A stretch of DNA of 64,000 bases from Eledone cirrhosa (lineage: Eukaryota). The notes beneath the pieces were generated by a model. It saw only the letters and a program-made list of their open reading frames with translations, was not told the origin of the DNA and searched no databases. A program made the position numbers and the translations under genes. This document shows, piece after piece, positions 56,015 through 64,000 of this stretch (positions within the stretch are counted from its first letter, which is position 1; every line of letters begins with the position of its first letter). The DNA lies in assembly GCA_964016885.1 (NCBI GenBank), contig OZ024743.1, forward strand, positions 107,880,001 to 107,944,000, written 5' to 3'.

Positions 56015-58346
56015 TTAGATTGGTCCGATTTTTAGAGCATTAAGTAGAGGTTGGAATTTGTTAATCAAATATGTTTCCTTATTGGTACGTTGGATGAAAG
56101 TAGCGTTGTCTATGAATTTGTAAATGGGGAAATTTTAAAGTTTGGATGTTGGTTGTGAGCACAATTGGCGATATGTTCACTAAATGCAATCTTTCTGTAT
56201 TCTTGTATTTTAATTTGTGATTTATGGACGGTCATACGTTGACGGAGGCTGTTTTTTGTCTGTCCTATGTAATGCTCTTGACAACCGGATCAGGTCAAAA
56301 CATAGATTAGGTTTTCAGATACACATGTAAAGTTGTATTTAACTGTGAAACGCTGTCCTTGTTTAAAATGGAATCTTGAACCTTCTATTAGATTTATGCA
56401 TATGCCACAGTTGGGCCTTCCGCATTTTGTTACTGTAGGGTTCATTGTGAGGATTTGTTGGATTTTGACTTGTGTGAGGATGTTTTTTATGGATTTAGGT
56501 TGTCTTTTTCTCTTTATGATGTTGTGTGTTTGGAGGATTTTGTTCAATCTTGGGTCTCTTTTTAGTAAAGGAATGTACTGGAGGATGGTGTAGAATGCCT
56601 CGTTGTTGAGGGGGTTGTGTGTGGAGATGTATGGTAGAGTTTTTTGTTGCGGTTCATTCCTGGCTTTGGGTGTCTGAGTTCCTGGATGTCTAGTTTTAGG
56701 GCACATTGGAATCCATTGTTGATTAGGAATGGTGGGTAGTTTCTGCTTATAAGTGTTTTTTTTTAATTCTAGTCGTGTGTAGCATGTGTATTTATCTGAA
56801 ACTATTGTGCAGATCCTTCTGGTTAGGTTATAAGGAATTGCCATTTTGGTGTGTCTAGGGTGGCACGAGTTGAATGGAAGGTATTGTTTGGAGTCTGTGG
56901 GTTTGTAGTATATGTCTGTTTCTATTTTGTTGCTTGTTTTCTTGATGAGGATGTCGAGGAAAGGGAGTTGTTCATGGCTGTAATCCATTGTGAATTGTAA
57001 GTTTGTGTTGAGTCCATTCAGAAGGGTTTTAAACTCAAACAGTCTATCTATACTTTCATGCCAGAGGATGAAGCAGTCGTCCAGATATCTCTTCCAGTTC
57101 TTTTCTATGTGTTGGTAGAAGTGGTTGCCGTATTTGTCTAGAACTTAGCTCTAGAGAGTGGTTTCCAAATATCCCATGACAAGGTTGGCGTATGAGGGGG
57201 CCACTTTCGTGCCCATTGCAGTCCCAGATTTCTGTCTGTAGTATTTGGCATTGAATTCGAAGAAATTGTTTTCCAAGATGAATTTGAGTCCCTCCAACAC
57301 AAATTCTTTAGGGATGCGCTCTGGGAGATCACTAGGGAAATGTTCCATCCAGAATTGTATTGCTTCTATACCTAGGCTGTGTGGGATATTGGAATATAAA
57401 TTGATGACATCAAAGATTACTAGTAGGGTATGTTCATTATTGAGTGTTGTTTGGAGGTGGTTGAGCATGTCAAGGTCGTCCATTATGAAGCTTTTTATGT
57501 GTTTTAGGAAAGGTTTAAGCAGAATATCTAGGAAGTTGCTAAGGCGGTGGGTTTCATATGTGGTGCCTGCTATTATGGGTCTTAATGTAAGGTCATCAGG
57601 AAGGGCTATATTGATGTAAACGCCTGTGGCTTGCTTGCAGGCCCTACCTATTACTTCGCTTTTGTGTGTCTTGGAGATACCGTAGAAGAGGCTGGTTCTG
57701 CTTTTGAAATTGGTGATGTATTTGTATTCACTGTCTGTAAGGCCTTCTTTGTAAAGGGTTGTTAGGGATTTTAGGTTTCTCATTATTTTCTGTTGTGTGT
57801 TGTGTTGGGCCTTTTCATAATATGTTTGGTTTTCTAGAGTTGAGAGTACTAGAGTTGTGTAATAATCTGTCTCCATAAGGACTACTGCACTCCCTTTATC
57901 TGCCTCTTTGATTGTTAGGGTTTTGTTGTTTTTTAGACTGTTAAGACCATTCCATTCTTTTTTGCTTAGGTTTGGTTTTTGTTTATGTCTGTGTAGGTGG
58001 TGGTATGGGGAATTAATAATGTGTTCGCAGAATTGATCCAGGAATTTATTCTTGCCTTTTGGTGGGGTGTAGTTGCTTCTATTTCTGGCTATTGAGTCAT
58101 CCTCATTGTATTTGTCGTACAGTTGTTCGCTGAGTCTTAGTTTTCTACAGAATTCTGCAATATCTTCCTTCATTTCGGGGTAGTTTGGTTGTTGGGAGTT
58201 GGTGTAAATTTTAGACCTTTGGAGAGTATGTTGATTTGGTCTGTTAATTCTTTAGAGGTTAAATTGACAATTTTTATTGCATTCTGTGTCTCCTGTGTGT
58301 TTTGTTATCTTGTAATCCTGTGTCTGTGTGCTGTGTCTAAAAAATG
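56015..58346 (-). pseudogene. PLE reverse transcriptase / GIY-YIG endonuclease (disrupted)
   Basis: VNLTSKELT..LSKGLKFTPTP, IKEADKGSAVV, YGISKTHK, LRPIIAG, FDVINLYSNIPH, GTAMGTKVAPSYANL, WKRYLDD (57076-57087), LPFLD, YYKPTD..YLPFNSCHP, KCGRPNCGIC, NLIYVLT*SGCQEHYIGQT..LRQRM..H, KE..I.KFQPLLN. It has several stops and frameshifts. Confidence 0.93.
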
Positions 58347-58760
58347 ATTACGGAAGTTGCGATGGCTGTTGAAGTTTGGATGTCACTTATTGTTGTATTG
58401 GCCCCTGCTGTTGTTGTAAGATGGTGTGTAGCTGTGGTGGTTGTTGAGTTTAGATTGTATCGTGTGGTTGTATTGAGCCCTGCTGATGTTGTAGGGTGTG
58501 CAGATTTGATGAACGTGGTTATAGGGTGTGAAGTTGTGGTGGTTGTTGAAATTGGGTTGTAACGTGTGGTTGTGTTGAGCACTGCTGTTGTTGTAGGGTC
58601 TGTAGACTTGGTGGTAGTTGTAGTAGGGTTGTCTTGTGTGGTCATATTGAGTCCTGTTGTTGCTGTTATATGGTGTGTAGCTAAGGTGGTTGTAGTGGTT
58701 AGGGTGTCTCGTGTGGTTGTATTGTCTCCTGCTGGTGTTGTTGTAGTAGGATGTGGTTAG
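58337..58760 (-). repeat. Thr-rich coding-type repeat at the PLE N-terminal region
   Basis: Recurrent units (NTTTRYNP, NTTTRYNL, NMTTQDNP) of ~65-100 nt upstream of the RT. Confidence 0.6.
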
Positions 58761-59541
58761 TGTTGGAGGGTAGATTAGGGTTTATTTATAGCTGGTGTGT
58801 GGTTGTGAGGCCTTGTGTGACATGTGTCGTAGTTGTGTATTTTGGGTTCTATGTTGGAAGCAATGATGGTTGTGGGTTTGTTGTGTGGGGATGTTAGGGG
58901 GGTTGTAAGTGTGTGGGATTTTATGGTTTCTCCTGGTGGGAGAGAAGTTGTAGTGTCTATCTTGTAGCTGATGTTTCTCTATTACTATATTTGTTGCTTG
59001 GGAGTCCGTGTGGTAGTTGTGTGGAGGATGTAGGAGCTAGGGGCGAGGTGATGCCTTCTTTTGTTGGTATATGGGGAGGTATTGTTTTTATTGTTGTATT
59101 AACCTAATATATATATATTGATAGGGGTGTAGATACCGGACATATCAAATAAACACTGTGGTCAATATGGTCAACTAAATCAAGATATGGCCCCAGCATG
59201 ACCGGACAGAGTATAGTGACTGACACCAGTGAAAGGATAACTAAAGTAGCGAGAAGGAAGAAACGAGAGGGAAAAGAAGAAAAATTCCAGAACAGACAGA
59301 AGAAAATAAACTCGATAGGAAGAATATTGGCAAGGATGGTGAGAGGAAGAAACGAAGAATGGAAAATGATTCGAAGATAAAATTTGATTTAGAATTGGCA
59401 ATAGAAATATTTTTAGAGAAAATATTCAGTCGCTTCTACGTAATAATTTCTTTTATTCCCCGCTTTTGCTCAATATTAACTTTTCTTTTTCTTTTTACTT
59501 TTTATCTGATGCTAAATAACCTAGATGCACAGACACCTATC

Positions 59542-59657
<116 letters not shown>

Positions 59658-60006
59658 ATATTCAGCACATCATACATAAAATATATTCCCTCTTTATATA
59701 TAAATACTTCCTCTCCAAAGCCCAGATTCATCGTTGAGATTATTATCATCATCATAATCACCCTAATCATCATCATCGTTATCATTTCTACCATTATCAT
59801 CATTATAACATTGATCACCACACCATTATCATAATCTCTACCATTATCAACATCATAGCCATCATTGTCTTCATACACATTATCATTATTAATATTTATT
59901 TGGATATTTCTTTCTTCTTATTGTTCCTCTTGCAAACCGTTGAGATGGATTATATTCCTACTTTAGTTGTGGACACTATTCTTTCTTCTAGTAGTAGTAG
60001 TAGTAA

Positions 60007-60070
<64 letters not shown>

Positions 60071-60182
60071 AGTAGTAGTAGTAGTAGAGTAGTGTTGGCA
60101 GTAGTAATAGAAGTGTTATCAGTAGTAGTAGTAGTAGTAGTAGTAGTAGAGTGGTGTTGGCAGCAGCAGCAGTAGCAGCAGC

Positions 60183-60246
<64 letters not shown>

Positions 60247-60919
60247 TTAGTGGCGATATAGTGATATCAGTGGTAGTAGAAGTAATTTTGGTAACATTAG
60301 TAGTATTGGTAGCTGCAGTAGTAGTTGTAGTGGTGGTCGTATAAGTTCTAGTAACGATAGTAGGGGTGGTGCTAGTTGTAGTACCAATATTAGTAGATGT
60401 AGTCATATAGATAATGGTGATAGTAATAACTGATGTAATGATGATTGGTATCGATATTATTTTACGTGTCCATTTATAAACCTGACCGACACCAGAGAGA
60501 CTGACACCCCCTTTACACGAATCTAGGGAGGGAGAAAGAGAAAGTGGCCGGAGAGAGAACAGAAGATAAGGAGAAAGAAAGAACGAAGGAGAAAGAAGGT
60601 TTGGGGAAACAGAGACACGTGAAAGAGATTAAGAGGAAGTGTAGAGAAGAGATAAAAAGTGAAAGAAAGAGAATGAAGAGAGATAGAATTGACGGAAAGA
60701 GCGCGAGAAAGAACACGAGAAAAGGTGAGATCGAGTAAGCAAAGAAACAAGTGAGATGCAATCAGAAAGAGTCCATGAAGAGGGAGAGAGAGAGATGTGA
60801 GACAGAGAGACATAGAGAGAGTAAACGAAAGAAGGGGAAAGAAAGAGTGAGAAAGAGAGTGATAAAGAACGTGAGTGTGAATGATAGAGATAAATAGATA
60901 AAAAGAATGAGATTGAGAC

Positions 60920-60988
<69 letters not shown>

Positions 60989-61033
60989 TAAAGAGATATA
61001 TATATATATATAGAGAGAGAGAGATATATATAG

Positions 61034-61069
<36 letters not shown>

Positions 61070-61590
61070 AAGAGAGAGGGAGAGAGATAGAGAGATATAT
61101 AGATAGATAAATAGATAAAGAGAGAGAGAGAGACAGAGAGAGAGGGAGAGAGATAAAGAGAGAGAGAGAGATGGAGATATATAGAGAGATAGAGAGATAG
61201 ATAGATAAAGAGACATATATATATATATATATAGAGAGAGAGAACTGTCAATTGTAATGTGTGTAAGGATGGCGCGATGTATCATGCTGACAGAACGATG
61301 TGTCATAGTTATTATCATTACTGTCATTATTATATAACAAATACTTACTTCTCTTTAACGGTGGTGTTAACATCAGTTGTCTAACGTAATACAATGTGTA
61401 GGTGTATGTGGACGTGAATGTGTGTGTGCGTGAATGGCTGTGTACGTGTGTGTGTGTGTGTGAATGGCTGTGTACGTGTGTGTGTGTGTGTGTTGTGAAT
61501 GGAACTATTATATGAAAATATAGTGGCCACGATGAAGATAATTACAGATAATAGTTTTGTTAACATCGGTTGTATATCGTAATGTCGCTA

Positions 61591-61621
<31 letters not shown>

Positions 61622-61757
61622 AACAGAAATCTGTATTTGAAAATGTTGCCGCCATCATGTAAATAACTATAATAATAGGTATGTTAACATTGATTGTATA
61701 GAGTAATGTTATTGGGTGTGTGTTGTGTATAGAAAAGTTATTTCAAAATATATAAAT

Positions 61758-61942
61758 AATTGTTTCTACTCTCGGCATAAGGCCAGCAATTACTCAGTAC
61801 ATTACTGGTACTTTATTTTATCGGCCTCGTAAGGATGAAAGGCAAAGTTAACCTTGGCGGGATTTGAACTCAGATCGTAAAGGGACGTAACTATGCTGGA
61901 AAGCATGCCAACCCTCCACCAATTCTGCCAATCCAGCGCCCT
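61758..61942 (-). mobile_element. SINE S1
   Basis: aattgtttctactc...ggatgaaaggcaaagttaaccttggcgggatttgaactcagatcgtaaagggacgtaactatgc...tgccaatcc. Confidence 0.85.
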
Positions 61943-62232
61943 CAAAATATATAAATAATATTTGATGATTGTGGTAACATCCGTGTTAACACATAATGTG
62001 CGTGTAGGGGGTTTGAAGTGAGAAGATAAATGTTATTTGAGATTATAGTCACCACAATGCAGATAACTATAATAATAATTATGTAAAGATTAATTCTATA
62101 ACATAAGGATGTTCTGAGTGGTTGCGAATGTAGTAAATGGAAAAAAATTTAAAACTATTGTCGTCACAATGCAGATAACTACAAAACAATAAGTCTGTTT
62201 AACACCAGTTGTATAAGGTAATGAATGTATGC

Positions 62233-62279
<47 letters not shown>

Positions 62280-62288
62280 TGTGTGTGT

Positions 62289-62319
<31 letters not shown>

Positions 62320-62747
62320 CTTATGCGTGCGTGTTTACTGTGTATGTAATCATTATTACTTAGTAATTGTCAAGTTGATTGATTGAATATCGGGTTAAGC
62401 TGCCTAATTTCAAATCATTTTGAATGATTATTATGGAATATCATGAAGGAAGGTTTTCCCATAAATATAAACCCATTCCTTACCATATTTCTAATGAAAA
62501 AAAGGACCTCCTAATTTGAAAATAATGAAGAATATTTTTTATTGTTTTACCAATAAAACTAACATTCTCACTGTTAAGCTGGAGTTTGGAGCCAACATAT
62601 ATGTGTCTGTATATATACATATATGCGTATATATTTAATACATAAAATGATGTGCCCATGTGCTGAGATGCTATAAAGTGGCTTACAAGAGGGTGAAGAC
62701 CACTAAAAACGGAAAAAGAAATTGCCTTCGGCCGCTACGAGGTACTC

Positions 62748-62812
<65 letters not shown>

Positions 62813-63270
62813 AAGCATGCATGTAGATATATATATATGTATATACAGGATTAGTTTCTATTTCCACATTAGTTTGACTACACATACACACAAGCACACA
62901 CACATATGTATCTAAATGAATACTTATATGAGTGTGTACATGGGGTGGGATAGCTAATGATAATTTTCTTGTAACACATGTACAAATTAAAACCCTGGAG
63001 GTGGGAAACGGATTAGTTTATCATAAATCATATTCTGACATATGAATAAAGACAAAAACACTTATATACAGGCACGCACTGACACAGACACACACATACT
63101 TGCACACGCACACACACATGTATATATATGTGTATATATATATATACATACGCACATGGACACAAGACTATGCACACCTAAACACACACATACGCCTCGT
63201 ATATATATATATATATATATATATTTATCTATCCGTATATATGTACGTTTTAATATATATATTGCATATT

Positions 63271-63308
<38 letters not shown>

Positions 63309-63311
63309 TAT

Positions 63312-63348
<37 letters not shown>

Positions 63349-63402
63349 CAAACACACACATATGTATATACATACATACATATATATAAACACACACATA
63401 TG

Positions 63403-63458
<56 letters not shown>

Positions 63459-63554
63459 GAATGATCGACTTTCATCAAATCGGACCGAGGAAACAATGTT
63501 TCCATTGGTCTTTCCAGTTGCTAGTACTATCTATCAGTCGCAACTCCAGGTAGA

Positions 63555-63559
<5 letters not shown>
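63459..63559 (-). mobile_element. Isolated SINE S2 structured tail
   Basis: Reverse complement of 8126-8222, flanked by TA tracts. Confidence 0.75.
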
Positions 63560-63642
<83 letters not shown>

Positions 63643-63657
63643 CATATATATATATAC

Positions 63658-63702
<45 letters not shown>

Positions 63703-63703
63703 C

Positions 63704-63781
<78 letters not shown>

Positions 63782-63814
63782 TATTATTACTATATATATA
63801 TATATATATAGTAA

Positions 63815-64000
63815 TAATTGTTTCTACTATTGGCACAAGGCCAGGAATTACTCAGTACATTACTGGTACTTTATTTTATCGACCCCGTAAGGATGAAAGG
63901 CAAAGTTAACTTCGGTGGGATTTGAACTCAGAATGGCAAGGGCCGTAACTCTATGCGTCAAAGCATGGCGTCCGACCCTCTACCGATACTGCCAATCCAC
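63815..64000 (-). mobile_element. SINE S1
   Basis: aattgtttctactattggcacaaggcc...gaccccgtaaggatgaaaggcaaagttaac...ccgaccctctaccgatactgccaatccac. Confidence 0.88.

Larger units (their letters stand above)
55365..59105 (-). mobile_element. Penelope-like retroelement, Neptune-like, 5'-truncated, flanked by (TA)n
   Basis: RT plus Cys-rich linker plus GIY-YIG coding remnant, a ~650 bp 3' UTR with a degenerate HHR, and TA tracts on both sides. Confidence 0.9.

Overview
This is very AT-rich, microsatellite-dominated eukaryotic non-coding DNA. The SINE, LINE and (TA)n content suggests a coleoid cephalopod (Octopus-like), which is an inference. Almost all ORFs in the track are microsatellite artefacts. 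Real coding remnants are a 5'-truncated Neptune-like Penelope retroelement (RT + GIY-YIG, minus strand, ~55.4-59.1 kb), an internally deleted Helitron with both termini (4843-6928, PIF1 helicase remnant), several LINE fragments, and possibly the signal-peptide first exon of a host gene (30432-30486). The main hidden signal is a dense set of short inserts in (TA)n tracts that carry minimal type I hammerhead ribozyme (HHR) motifs, folded by eye. Five unrelated families have complete cores, two more have degenerate cores, and at least four show only the 3' half. About ten inserts are head-to-head inverted pairs joined at or near the ribozyme, with the short arm often ending at an internal TAT(A) that merges into the microsatellite. 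They look like Penelope-type pseudo-LTR 3' ends or non-autonomous ribozyme elements targeted to (TA)n.
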